A DNA stretch of 64,000 nucleotides from Anaeromyxobacteraceae bacterium (GTDB lineage Bacteria > Myxococcota > Myxococcia > Myxococcales > Anaeromyxobacteraceae), in the NCBI GenBank assembly GCA_032654565.1, contig JAULAX010000018.1, forward strand, positions 384,001 to 448,000, written 5' to 3'. The notes under the pieces were generated by a model. That model did no database searches, was not told where the DNA came from, and saw only the letters and a program-made list of their open reading frames with translations. The translations under genes were made by a program, and so were the position numbers. Shown piece after piece: positions 1 through 11,152 of the stretch (the first letter of the stretch is position 1; each line of letters begins with the position of its first letter).

Positions 1-217
1 GGGTCATGACCCGGCCGGTGGTGGAGATGGCGGTGTGGGTGTTGGCGTAGAGCGAGCGGACCCCGGCCAGCGACGCCTCGACGAAGTCCAGCGACCGGCC
101 GGTGGCGGTCTGGTCGGCGTAGGTGAGCAGGCGGCGGCCGAACGGGGTGGCCACCACGGCGCGGCGCCCGGCCTCGGCGCGCCGCAGCCGCGCCGTCACC
201 TCGTCGAAGGGGAGCAT
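1..217 (-). CDS. Aminotransferase class V / cysteine desulfurase-like protein, N-terminal part (runs off the window)
   Basis: Manual translation from ATG 217: [11 protein letters not shown]...[20 protein letters not shown]...[14 protein letters not shown], typical of this family's N-terminus. Confidence 0.7.
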   Translation of the reverse strand, partial: MLPFDEVTARLRRAEAGRRAVVATPFGRRLLTYADQTATGRSLDFVEASLAGVRSLYANTHTAISTTGRVMT

Positions 218-378
218 GGCGCCTTGTATCCAAGCGCGCGGGTGCCCACAAGCGATACCGGGTGCCGCGCCCGCCACCCGAAAGGTGCCGGCGCGCTCCC
301 GGACGGCCGTCGCGCCGGCGCCCCGGCGGTGGTAGATCTCGCCGACGCGGCCGCCTCCCGCCGCAGCCAGGAGATATC

Positions 379-2808
<2,430 letters not shown>

Positions 2809-2877
2809 GCCGCGGGTGAACCGGGGCGGCCGGCGACGGGCCCCGCGTCCCGCCCGCCGTCCCCGCGGCCCCGGCGG

Positions 2878-3669
2878 TCAGCGGGCCGCGACGCGGGCGT
2901 AATAGCGGTGCGCCCCGCGGGCGCTCGGCAGCGGCGTGAGGCCGAGCCGGGCCAGGTCCCAGCCTGGCGCGCCGTCCTTCACCACCACCCAGCGGCGCGC
3001 CACCCGCCGCGCCTCGGCCACCGCCTCGGGGCCCAGCGGCCGGGCGTCGGCCAGGGCGCGCACCAGCTCGAAGCCCCCGGGCTGGGCCCGGGCGTGGCGG
3101 AACATGGGGTCGAAGGCCACCACGTCGAAGCTGCGCGAGGGCAGGGCGGTGAGCGCCGCCAGGTGCTCCCCGGCCCGCACCTCGACGCGCCGGGCCGGCT
3201 CCACCTCGAGCCGCGCCAGCCCCTCGGCCACCCAGGCGGCCAGCACCGGCGAGCCCTCCAGCGCCACCACCCGGCCGTCCGGGCCGCAGGCCGCGGCCGC
3301 CACCAGGGCGTCGGCGCCCAGGCCGAGCGTGGCGTCGAGCACCAGGTCGCCGGGGCGCAGGTCGGCCGCCTCCAGGAAGGGATCGCGGTCGGTGGGCGAG
3401 ACCGGCCGGCCGGCCAGCCGGGACACCGTCCGGCGCAGGCGCAGCAGCCCCATGCCGGGGGACCAGCGCTGGCTGGCGGTGCCGGTGGCGAGGATGGCGG
3501 CGGAGGCGGAGAGGACCAGCGCCGCCTCGGCGCCGGCGCCGGCCAGGGTGGCCTGGAGCGGGCCGTGGCCGCGGGGCGCGAAGGGGAGCCGGTGGCGGAG
3601 CGCCGCGGCGCGGGCGCCCTGCTCCTCCTCCGACGTCGGCCGCAGCGGGGTGGTGACGACGACGCGCAC
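2878..3669 (-). CDS. Class I SAM-dependent methyltransferase (RsmJ-like)
   Basis: VLDATLGLGADA SAM motif and FDVVAFDPMF motif. Confidence 0.8.
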   Translation of the reverse strand: MRVVVTTPLRPTSEEEQGARAAALRHRLPFAPRGHGPLQATLAGAGAEAALVLSASAAILATGTASQRWSPGMGLLRLRRTVSRLAGRPVSPTDRDPFLEAADLRPGDLVLDATLGLGADALVAAAACGPDGRVVALEGSPVLAAWVAEGLARLEVEPARRVEVRAGEHLAALTALPSRSFDVVAFDPMFRHARAQPGGFELVRALADARPLGPEAVAEARRVARRWVVVKDGAPGWDLARLGLTPLPSARGAHRYYARVAAR

Positions 3670-3791
3670 GGCGGCAACGTGCCCCGCGCCGCAGCGCGGC
3701 GCAAGTGTGCCCGGGGCCGCTGGCGCCGAGGTGTGGAAATCTCCCGGGACGGGTTCCCGGACGGGCCGTGGTGGTGAGATGCTGGGGCGGG

Positions 3792-5243
3792 ATGGACCGC
3801 AAGCTCCGCCGAAAGATCGTGGGACGCCTGCTCGCCGTGACGGTGGCCCTCGCGGCCGTCGCCGGAGGCGCCGCCTTCTTCCTGGAGCGGCGGGCCATCG
3901 ACGACCGCATCCTCCTGCTGGCCCTGGGCGAGACCGAGGGGCTGGCGGCCCACGTCGAGGGGCTGGCGACCTCCGGGCCGGCCGAGCTGGAGCAGGCCCG
4001 CGCCGACCTCACCGCCCACGTGCTGGCCGAGCACATCACCGAGGGCCACTTCGTGGTCATCGAGATCTACGACCTGGCCCACCGCAAGCTGGTCGAGGCC
4101 ATGCACCCGGCCTACGCCGAGGTGGAGCGGGAGGTGGACGCCAGGCACCACGTGGAGCGGCCCGGGGAGCGGCTGGTCCACACCTGGCTCTCCATCGGCG
4201 GGGTCTCCTACGTCCAGGTCTTCGCCCCGCTCAAGGCCGGCCCCCGGACCCTGGCCTACTTCGAGGGGACCTTCCGCGTCGACCCCGACGCCATGCGGAG
4301 GATGGACCGCGAGCTGGCCTGGTCGGTGCTGCTGGTGGTGCTGGTGGTCTTCGCCACCGCGGCGGTCCTCTCCCCCATCCTGCTTCGCCTCAACGGCGAC
4401 CTGCTCCGCGCCAACGACGACCTGCTGCGGCTCTCCGGTGACCTGGCCCACGCCAACATGGGGATGCTCGCCGCGCTGGGGAGCGCCGTGGCCCGCCGCG
4501 ACCGGGGCACCGGCGCCCACAACTACCGCGTCACCATCTACGCCATCCACCTGGCCGAGGCGCTCCGGCTCCCCGACGACACCATCCGCGGGATCATCAA
4601 GGGCGCCTTCCTCCACGACATCGGCAAGCTCGGCGTCGCCGACGCCATCCTCCGCAAGCCCACCCAGCTCACCCCCGAGGAGCGCGACCTCATGAAGGCG
4701 CACGTCCGCTACGGGGTCCAGATCCTCGGCAAGTTCGAGTGGCTGCACGACGCCCTCGACGTGGTCCGCTGCCACCACGAGCGGGTGGACGGCTCCGGCT
4801 ACCCGGCCGGGCTCCGGGGCGCGCAGATCCCCGTCGCCGCGCGCGTCTTCATGGTGGTCGACGTCTTCGACGCCCTCACCTCCCGCCGCTCCTACAAGGC
4901 CCCCGCCTCCCTGGAGGAGACCATGGGGATCCTCGAGGAGGGGCGGGGCCGCAGCTTCGACCCGGAGGTGCTCGAGGCCTTCGCCGGGCTGGCGCCCGAG
5001 CTCCACCGCACCGTCTCGGGGGCGGACGAGCGCCAGCTGGCCAGGGCCCTGGACCGGCTGCTGGCGAGGTACTTCCCGGCGCCGGGCGGCGGCGCCGGCG
5101 GACGGGGGCCGCCCGGGCTCTCCCCGGAGTCGGCGGTCGGCGAGACCGACCTCGACTACCTGAGCGGCTCCTGGGTGCTGGAGCGGGCACCCGAGGAGTC
5201 GGAGCGGGGCCGGGACCCCTCCCCGGACCCCTTCCAGGCGTAG
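3792..5243 (+). CDS. Membrane-anchored HD-GYP phosphodiesterase (paralog 1)
   Basis: Two hydrophobic segments around a putative periplasmic domain; LHDIGK, HHERVDGSGYP, DVFDALTSRRSYK. Confidence 0.9.
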   Translation: MDRKLRRKIVGRLLAVTVALAAVAGGAAFFLERRAIDDRILLLALGETEGLAAHVEGLATSGPAELEQARADLTAHVLAEHITEGHFVVIEIYDLAHRKLVEAMHPAYAEVEREVDARHHVERPGERLVHTWLSIGGVSYVQVFAPLKAGPRTLAYFEGTFRVDPDAMRRMDRELAWSVLLVVLVVFATAAVLSPILLRLNGDLLRANDDLLRLSGDLAHANMGMLAALGSAVARRDRGTGAHNYRVTIYAIHLAEALRLPDDTIRGIIKGAFLHDIGKLGVADAILRKPTQLTPEERDLMKAHVRYGVQILGKFEWLHDALDVVRCHHERVDGSGYPAGLRGAQIPVAARVFMVVDVFDALTSRRSYKAPASLEETMGILEEGRGRSFDPEVLEAFAGLAPELHRTVSGADERQLARALDRLLARYFPAPGGGAGGRGPPGLSPESAVGETDLDYLSGSWVLERAPEESERGRDPSPDPFQA

Positions 5244-5315
5244 CCGGGGACCCGCCGCCGACCGCCCGAGCCAGTCCAGGTGGCCGTGGGCCGGGCCGGG
5301 CGCTACCTTTCCACG

Positions 5316-6713
5316 GTGACCACCCCCCACGAGGCCGCGGCGCTGCCCGCGCCCCCCCCGCCCGGCCTGGCCGCCCTGCTCGCGCTGGCCTGGCCCATCG
5401 TGGTCTCGCGCTCGGCCCAGGTGGTGGTGGGGGTCTCCGACGCCGTCATGGTGGCCCACCTCGGCGCCACGGCGCTGGCCGCCACCACCACCGGCGCCAT
5501 GAACGTCTTCTCCCTGCTCATCCTGCCCATGGGCGTGGTCTTCATCGTCTCCTCCTTCGCCTCACAGCTCTTCGGCATGGGCGATCCGGCCGGGGCCCGG
5601 CGCTACGGCTGGTACGGCCTCGGGGTGGCGGCGGTCACCCAGCTGGCCGGGGTGGCGGTGCTCCCGGCGGTGGGCAGCCTGCTCGGCCTGCTCGACCTCG
5701 CCCCCGACGTCCGCGCCCTGATGGTCGACTACCTGGTGATCCGGCTCTGGTCGGGCGGCGCCGCGGTCGGCCTCGAGGCGCTCGGCAACTACTACGGCGG
5801 GCTGGGGAACACCCGCCGCCCCATGCAGGCGCAGGTGGGCGCCATGGGTCTCAACGTGGCCGGCAACTGGCTGCTCATCGACGGCCACCTGGGACTGCCG
5901 GCCATGGGCGTGGCCGGCGCCGCCCTGGCCTCCACGGTCTCCACCTGGATCGCCTTCCTCGGGCTGCTGGCGGCCTTCTGGCTGGAGCGGCGGGCGCTCC
6001 CCCGCGGCCGCGCCCCCCTGCGGCTCGCCGAGCTGCGGCGCATGCTCCGCTTCGGCCTCCCCTCCGGCCTCAACTGGTTCTTCGAGTTCTACGCCTTCAA
6101 CTTCTTCGTCACCGTCATCGTGGCCGGGCTCGGCACCACCACGCTGGCGGCGCTCATGGCGGTCCTCCAGGTCAACTCGGTCGCCTTCATGCCCTCCTTC
6201 GGCATCGCCAGCGCCGGCGCCATCCTGGTCGGCCAGGCCATCGGCGCCGGGAGGAAGGACCAGGTCCCGGCGCTGGTGGGGCTGACCTTCCGGGTCTGCG
6301 CCGGCTGGCAGGTGCTGGTCGGGCTCATCTACGTCCTCGATCCGGCGCTGGTCTTCGCCCCGTTCGCCGTCGATCCGGTGACCGGGCCGGCCCTGCTCGC
6401 CAGCGGGCAGCGCATGCTGGTGCTCTCCACCGCCTGGCTCCTCTTCGACGCGGCCGCGGCGGTGCTGGCCGAGTCGCTCCGCGCCGCCGGCGACACCGCC
6501 TTCACCCTCTGGGCCCGGCTGCTCATCGCCTGGGGGCTGTTCGTCCCCGGAGCCTGGATCTCGGTGCGGGTGCTGGGGGGCGGCGACCTGGTGGCGGTCG
6601 GCTGGCTGGTCGTCTACCTGGCGGTCCTGGCGTTGGCGCTCTGGCTCCGCTTCCGCGGCGGGGCCTGGCGGCGGCTCACCCTGGTGGAGCCGGCGCTGGA
6701 GGTGGCGGGGTAG
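5316..6713 (+). CDS. MATE family efflux transporter
   Basis: About 12 hydrophobic segments; LAWPIV, GNTRRPM, LPAMGVAGAALAS, LRAAGDT motifs. Confidence 0.9.
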   Translation: MTTPHEAAALPAPPPPGLAALLALAWPIVVSRSAQVVVGVSDAVMVAHLGATALAATTTGAMNVFSLLILPMGVVFIVSSFASQLFGMGDPAGARRYGWYGLGVAAVTQLAGVAVLPAVGSLLGLLDLAPDVRALMVDYLVIRLWSGGAAVGLEALGNYYGGLGNTRRPMQAQVGAMGLNVAGNWLLIDGHLGLPAMGVAGAALASTVSTWIAFLGLLAAFWLERRALPRGRAPLRLAELRRMLRFGLPSGLNWFFEFYAFNFFVTVIVAGLGTTTLAALMAVLQVNSVAFMPSFGIASAGAILVGQAIGAGRKDQVPALVGLTFRVCAGWQVLVGLIYVLDPALVFAPFAVDPVTGPALLASGQRMLVLSTAWLLFDAAAAVLAESLRAAGDTAFTLWARLLIAWGLFVPGAWISVRVLGGGDLVAVGWLVVYLAVLALALWLRFRGGAWRRLTLVEPALEVAG

Positions 6714-8280
6714 GTATGGCCCCGGCGCCGCCGGGCTCCTCCAGCGAGAAGACCACCGCCGAGGCGTCGCGGTAGACCTCGCGGGACGGGGGGCGCTGCA
6801 GCTCGACGTAGGGGGCGGCCCGGCTGGCCCGCAGCACCAGGTAGCGCGCCCCGAAGGCCCGGGACAGGGTGCGGGGGTCGAGCGGGATCTCGCGGCGCCG
6901 GGTCCGCTCCAGCAGGCGCGCCCGGGGCTCGTCGAAGCGGATGGCGTAGGTGGGATCGAGCCCCCACAGGAAGTGCTGCCGTGGCGCCGAGTAGAACAGG
7001 TCGGGGAAGTCGTCCCAGTAGAGGTTGATGACCGTCTCGCCGGGGGCCAGGTGGCCGGCCATCCAGGCCCCGGCCCCGTCGAAGAAGCGGGCCGGCGCCG
7101 CCCGGGTCTGGTAGACGCGGTAGAACTTCAGGGCGTGGGCGTGGAAGCCGGCCAGCAGTCCGAGCGCGGCCATCGCGCCGGCCCAGCGGCGCCAGCGGGC
7201 CCGGCCGAACCAGGCCGCCAGGGTGGGCTCCCCACGGGCCAGGTCGCGCGCCACCAGCCCCGCGGCCAGCGCCAGCAGCAGCACCAGGTACTCGACGAAC
7301 CGGGCCGAGGCGGTGGTCATGCCGGCCCAGAAGAGGCAGGCGGCCGCCGCCCCCAGCGCCTCGGCCGAGAGGCGCCGCCAGCGGACCACCACCACCAGCC
7401 CCAGCGCCGCGCCGCCGAGCAGGAGCAGCGGGTAGATGTCGAAGAAGACCGGGAGCGGGTAGGGGTAGATCTCATTGCCCAGCTCGAAGCCGGAGGAGCC
7501 GACCCCGGCCAGGCCGATGCGGAGGATCTGCAGGTAGGTGAAGACGGTCTCCAGCGTCAGCGGAGCGTACGGGTGGATCACCAGCCCCAGCGCCGCGCCG
7601 GTCCCGGAGGCCAGCACCGAGCGCCAGTCGAGCCCGCCCTTGCCGAGCCAGGCGCCGGCGGCGAAGGGGATGGCGGTGAGCACCAGCACGAAGGGGACCG
7701 TGTAGCACCAGGCGTAGACGAACCCGAGCAGCAGCAGGGCACGCCAGCGCCGCCGCAGCAGCAGGTGCAGCCCCAGCGTCAGCAGCAGCATGCTGAGTAC
7801 GTGCGAGCGGATCATGCCGAGCCGGGCCAGGAAGAGGCCGCCGGCGGCCAGCGGCAGGGCGGCGAACCAGGTCGGCCAGGGGACGCCGTGGGCGCGCAGC
7901 ACCAGCAGCAGGGCGCCGATGACCAGCGCCGCCAGCAGCACCGAGAAGATCCGCGCGCCGAGGATGGGCTCGGGGCCGAGCTGCGCCAGCGGGGCCATGG
8001 CCACGTGGTAGAGCACCTCCTTGTCGCAGTAACCGTCCTTCCAGGTGCTGAGCTGGGTCCAGGGGAAGTGGCGTGACAGGCCGCGCTCCGGCATGAGCTG
8101 GGCGAGCCGGGCGTGGTAGTAGCCGTCGCGCTCGAAGAGGCCGTCCTGCAGGGCGGCGGTGGCGCCGTAGAGGCCGAGCACGTAGAGGAGCAGCGCCGCC
8201 GGAGCCATGGCGCGGGCGAGGCGGGCGAGGGTCCTCATGGCGGGCGCGGGCGGCGGCCGTTCCGGCACGACCGGGAGCAT
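6676..8280 (-). CDS. Polytopic membrane protein, possibly GT-C-fold glycosyltransferase-like
   Basis: Many TM segments, DGYYH after the first TM, soluble C-terminal domain; function inferred only. Confidence 0.55.
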   Translation of the reverse strand: MLPVVPERPPPAPAMRTLARLARAMAPAALLLYVLGLYGATAALQDGLFERDGYYHARLAQLMPERGLSRHFPWTQLSTWKDGYCDKEVLYHVAMAPLAQLGPEPILGARIFSVLLAALVIGALLLVLRAHGVPWPTWFAALPLAAGGLFLARLGMIRSHVLSMLLLTLGLHLLLRRRWRALLLLGFVYAWCYTVPFVLVLTAIPFAAGAWLGKGGLDWRSVLASGTGAALGLVIHPYAPLTLETVFTYLQILRIGLAGVGSSGFELGNEIYPYPLPVFFDIYPLLLLGGAALGLVVVVRWRRLSAEALGAAAACLFWAGMTTASARFVEYLVLLLALAAGLVARDLARGEPTLAAWFGRARWRRWAGAMAALGLLAGFHAHALKFYRVYQTRAAPARFFDGAGAWMAGHLAPGETVINLYWDDFPDLFYSAPRQHFLWGLDPTYAIRFDEPRARLLERTRRREIPLDPRTLSRAFGARYLVLRASRAAPYVELQRPPSREVYRDASAVVFSLEEPGGAGAIPTPPPPAPAPPG

Positions 8281-8470
8281 GGCCGGCAGCATAGCCGGGG
8301 TCGGGCCGGCGGTGGCCCGCGGATCGACCCGGTTCGGGGGGGGCCCCACCGGGGCCAAGCCGCCGGAACTCCTCGAGGTAAATTACTCTGGGTTGGAGCC
8401 GGGCGACCGGCTAGATTGGCCGGGTCGTCCAGGCCGGGGTGGGAGTCCAGGGAGCGAGATGCCAGGCACG

Positions 8471-10003
8471 ATGACCTCAAACCTCCGCGGGAAGATCCTC
8501 GCCCGGCTGCTCCTCGTCTCGGTCGGCCTGGCCGTGGTCGCCGGTGGGGCCGCCTACCTCCTCGAGCGCCGCGCCATCGACCAGCGCATCCTCGCGCTGG
8601 CCCTGGAGGAGTCGCGCGGCCTGGCCACCCACCTGGAGTTCCTCTCCGATCCGCGGCCGGCCGACTTCGAGCAGGCCCGGGCCGAGGTCACCGCCCACGT
8701 CCTCGCCGAGCACATCGCCGAGGGCCACTTCGTGGTCATCGAGATCTACGATCTCGAGCGGCGCAAGGTGATCGAGGCGACGAAGCCGGCCTTCGCCTCG
8801 GTGGTCAGGAAGGTGGACGCCGAGCACCACGCGCTCGTGCCGGGCGAGGAGCTGGTCCACACCTGGCTCACCATCGGCGCCGAGTCCTACGTCCAGGTGT
8901 TCGCCCCGCTCCGCTCGGGGGGGAAGACCCGGGCCTACTTCGAGGGGATCTTCCGGGTCGACCCGTCGGCCATGGAGCGGATGAACCGGGAGCTGTCCCT
9001 GGCGGTGCTGCTGGTGGTGATGGTGGTCTTCGCCACCGCGGCGGTCCTCTTCCCGCTCATGCTCCGCCTCAACGGCAGCCTGCTCCGGCTCTCCGACGAC
9101 CTGGCCTACGCCAACATGGGCATGCTCGCCGCCCTGGGGAGCGCCGTGGCCCGCCGCGACCGGGGCACCAACGCCCACAACTACCGGGTGACCATCTACG
9201 CCATCCACCTCGCCGAGGCGCTCGGGCTCTCGGTGGAGCAGGTCCAGGGGCTCATCAAGGGGGCCTTCCTCCACGACGTGGGGAAGATCGGCATCGCCGA
9301 CGCCATCCTCCGCAAGCCGGGGCGGCTCACCCCGGAGGAGACCACGGTGATGCGGGCCCACGTCCGCTACGGCGTGGAGATCGTGGGGAAGTTCGAGTGG
9401 CTGGCCGACGCGCTCGACGTGGTCCGCTGCCACCACGAGCGGGTCGACGGGAACGGCTACCCGGCCGGCCTCAAGGGGGACCAGATCCCCATCACCGCCA
9501 GGGTCTTCGCCGTGGTCGACGTCTTCGACGCGCTCACCACCCGGCGGCCCTACAAGGCCCCCGTCCCGCTCGAGGAGACCATGCGCAACCTCGAGGCCGG
9601 GCGGAACCTGAGCTTCGATCCCGTGGTGCTCGACCGCTTCGAGTCGCTGGCGCCGGAGCTCCACCGCTCCATCTGCGGCGCCGACGAGCGCCAGCTGGCG
9701 GCGATGCTGGACCGGAAGCTGGCCCACTACTTCCCGGCGCCAGCCGGTGCCACCGGCTCCCGGGGCCCGGTCGGCCTGGGGGAGGTGGCCAGGAGCGGGC
9801 GGGTGGGGGCCAACCCCAACCTCGACTACCTGACCGGCACCTGGACGCTGGAGCTCCCCATCCCGGGCGTGGAGGCGCCGGAGGAGCCCTTCCAGGAGCC
9901 GGATTCCTTCGAGGCCTATCCCTTCCAGGAGCCGGATCCCTTCAAGCCCGGCTCGAAGCCCGCCGCCTTCCGGGAGCCGGATCCCTTCAAGCCGGGCCGG
10001 TAG
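8471..10003 (+). CDS. Membrane-anchored HD-GYP phosphodiesterase (paralog 2)
   Basis: Highly similar to 3792-5243; LHDVGK, HHERVDGNGYP, DALTTRRPYK. Confidence 0.9.
   Translation: MTSNLRGKILARLLLVSVGLAVVAGGAAYLLERRAIDQRILALALEESRGLATHLEFLSDPRPADFEQARAEVTAHVLAEHIAEGHFVVIEIYDLERRKVIEATKPAFASVVRKVDAEHHALVPGEELVHTWLTIGAESYVQVFAPLRSGGKTRAYFEGIFRVDPSAMERMNRELSLAVLLVVMVVFATAAVLFPLMLRLNGSLLRLSDDLAYANMGMLAALGSAVARRDRGTNAHNYRVTIYAIHLAEALGLSVEQVQGLIKGAFLHDVGKIGIADAILRKPGRLTPEETTVMRAHVRYGVEIVGKFEWLADALDVVRCHHERVDGNGYPAGLKGDQIPITARVFAVVDVFDALTTRRPYKAPVPLEETMRNLEAGRNLSFDPVVLDRFESLAPELHRSICGADERQLAAMLDRKLAHYFPAPAGATGSRGPVGLGEVARSGRVGANPNLDYLTGTWTLELPIPGVEAPEEPFQEPDSFEAYPFQEPDPFKPGSKPAAFREPDPFKPGR
9887..9994 (+). 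repeat. Three imperfect coding repeats (F[Q/R]EPD[S/P]F[E/K]) in the HD-GYP tail
   Basis: CCTTCCRGGAGCCGGATYCCTTC at about 9888, 9921 and 9966. Confidence 0.85.
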
Positions 10004-10087
10004 CGCCGCGGCCCTGGGGAGGTCCCCCGGCGCCCTTGCGCCTGGCGCGCGCCGGGACGGATACTCGCCCCCTTCGAAGGAGCGCCC

Positions 10088-11092
10088 ATGAGCCTGCCCG
10101 TCAGCCCCATCCACGATCCGGTCGCCCACCCGGAGGCCGGCAGCGATCTCTCGCCCGCGGCCGTGGCCGAGCTGGTGGCCGAGATCCGCGCCCTGGCCAG
10201 GGCCCAGGACGCCGTCATCCTGGCCCACAACTACCAGCTCCCCGAGGTGCAGGAGGTGGCCGACCACGTCGGCGACTCGCTCCAGCTGGCCATCACCGGG
10301 CGCGAGGTCACGCAGTCGACCATCGTCTTCTGCGGCGTCCACTTCATGGCCGAGTCGGCCAAGGTGCTGGCCCCGGCCAAGCGGGTGCTGCTGCCCAACC
10401 TCTCGGCCGGCTGCTCGCTGGCCGACTCCATCACCGCCGAGTCGCTGGAGGACTGGAAGGCGCGCTACCCGGGCCACGCCGTGGTCACCTACGTCAACTC
10501 CACCGCCGAGGTGAAGGCGCTCAGCGACATCTGCTGCACCAGCGCCAACGCCGCCAGCGTGGTCCGCTCCCTGCCGCAGCAGAAGATCCTCTTCACCCCC
10601 GACAAGAACCTGGGGGCCTGGGTCAAGTCGAAGGTGCCGGAGAAGGAGATCGTGGTCTACGACGGCTGCTGCCCGGTGCACGACGTGCTGCGCAGCGCCA
10701 GCGTCAACAAGGTGAAGGGGGAGCGGCCGCGGGCGGTGATCATCGCCCACCCGGAGTGCCGCGCCGACGTGCTGGAGATCGCCGACGAGGTCTGCTCGAC
10801 GACCGCCATGCTCACCGCGGTGGGGCGCCACCCCGAGGCCCAGACCTTCATCGTCGCCACCGAGCACGGCATCGTCCACCAGATGAAGCAGCGGTGGCCG
10901 GGCAAGGAGTTCATCATCGCCGACGGCTGCATCGGCTGCCGCATGCACTGCCCGTACATGAAGATGGTCGACCTGATGATGATCCGCGACGCCCTGCAGC
11001 GAGGGAAGCACGAGATCACCGTGCCGCCGGACGTGGCCGACGGGGCCCGCCGCGCCCTGGAGCGGATGATCGCGGTGCCGCGCGACGCCTGA
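10088..11092 (+). CDS. nadA: Quinolinate synthase
   Basis: ILAHNYQ, VGDSL, FCGVHFMAE, AGCSLA, YVNS, AHPEC, CPYMK. Confidence 0.96.
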   Translation: MSLPVSPIHDPVAHPEAGSDLSPAAVAELVAEIRALARAQDAVILAHNYQLPEVQEVADHVGDSLQLAITGREVTQSTIVFCGVHFMAESAKVLAPAKRVLLPNLSAGCSLADSITAESLEDWKARYPGHAVVTYVNSTAEVKALSDICCTSANAASVVRSLPQQKILFTPDKNLGAWVKSKVPEKEIVVYDGCCPVHDVLRSASVNKVKGERPRAVIIAHPECRADVLEIADEVCSTTAMLTAVGRHPEAQTFIVATEHGIVHQMKQRWPGKEFIIADGCIGCRMHCPYMKMVDLMMIRDALQRGKHEITVPPDVADGARRALERMIAVPRDA

Positions 11093-11098
11093 ACGAAG

Positions 11099-11130
11099 CG
11101 GGCCCGGCCACCTCGCGGTGACCGGGCCCG
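11099..11130. terminator. GC-rich hairpin between convergent genes
   Basis: CGGGCCCGG-CCACC-TCGC-GGTGA-CCGGGCCCG; no U-tract. Confidence 0.5.
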
Positions 11131-11152
11131 GGTTGGGCAGGAGGCGGGGCGG

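Noticed and set aside
1..12. Palindrome GGGTCATGACCC, with GGGTCAT also ending the window
   Set aside because: Inside a CDS, short, and consistent with chance
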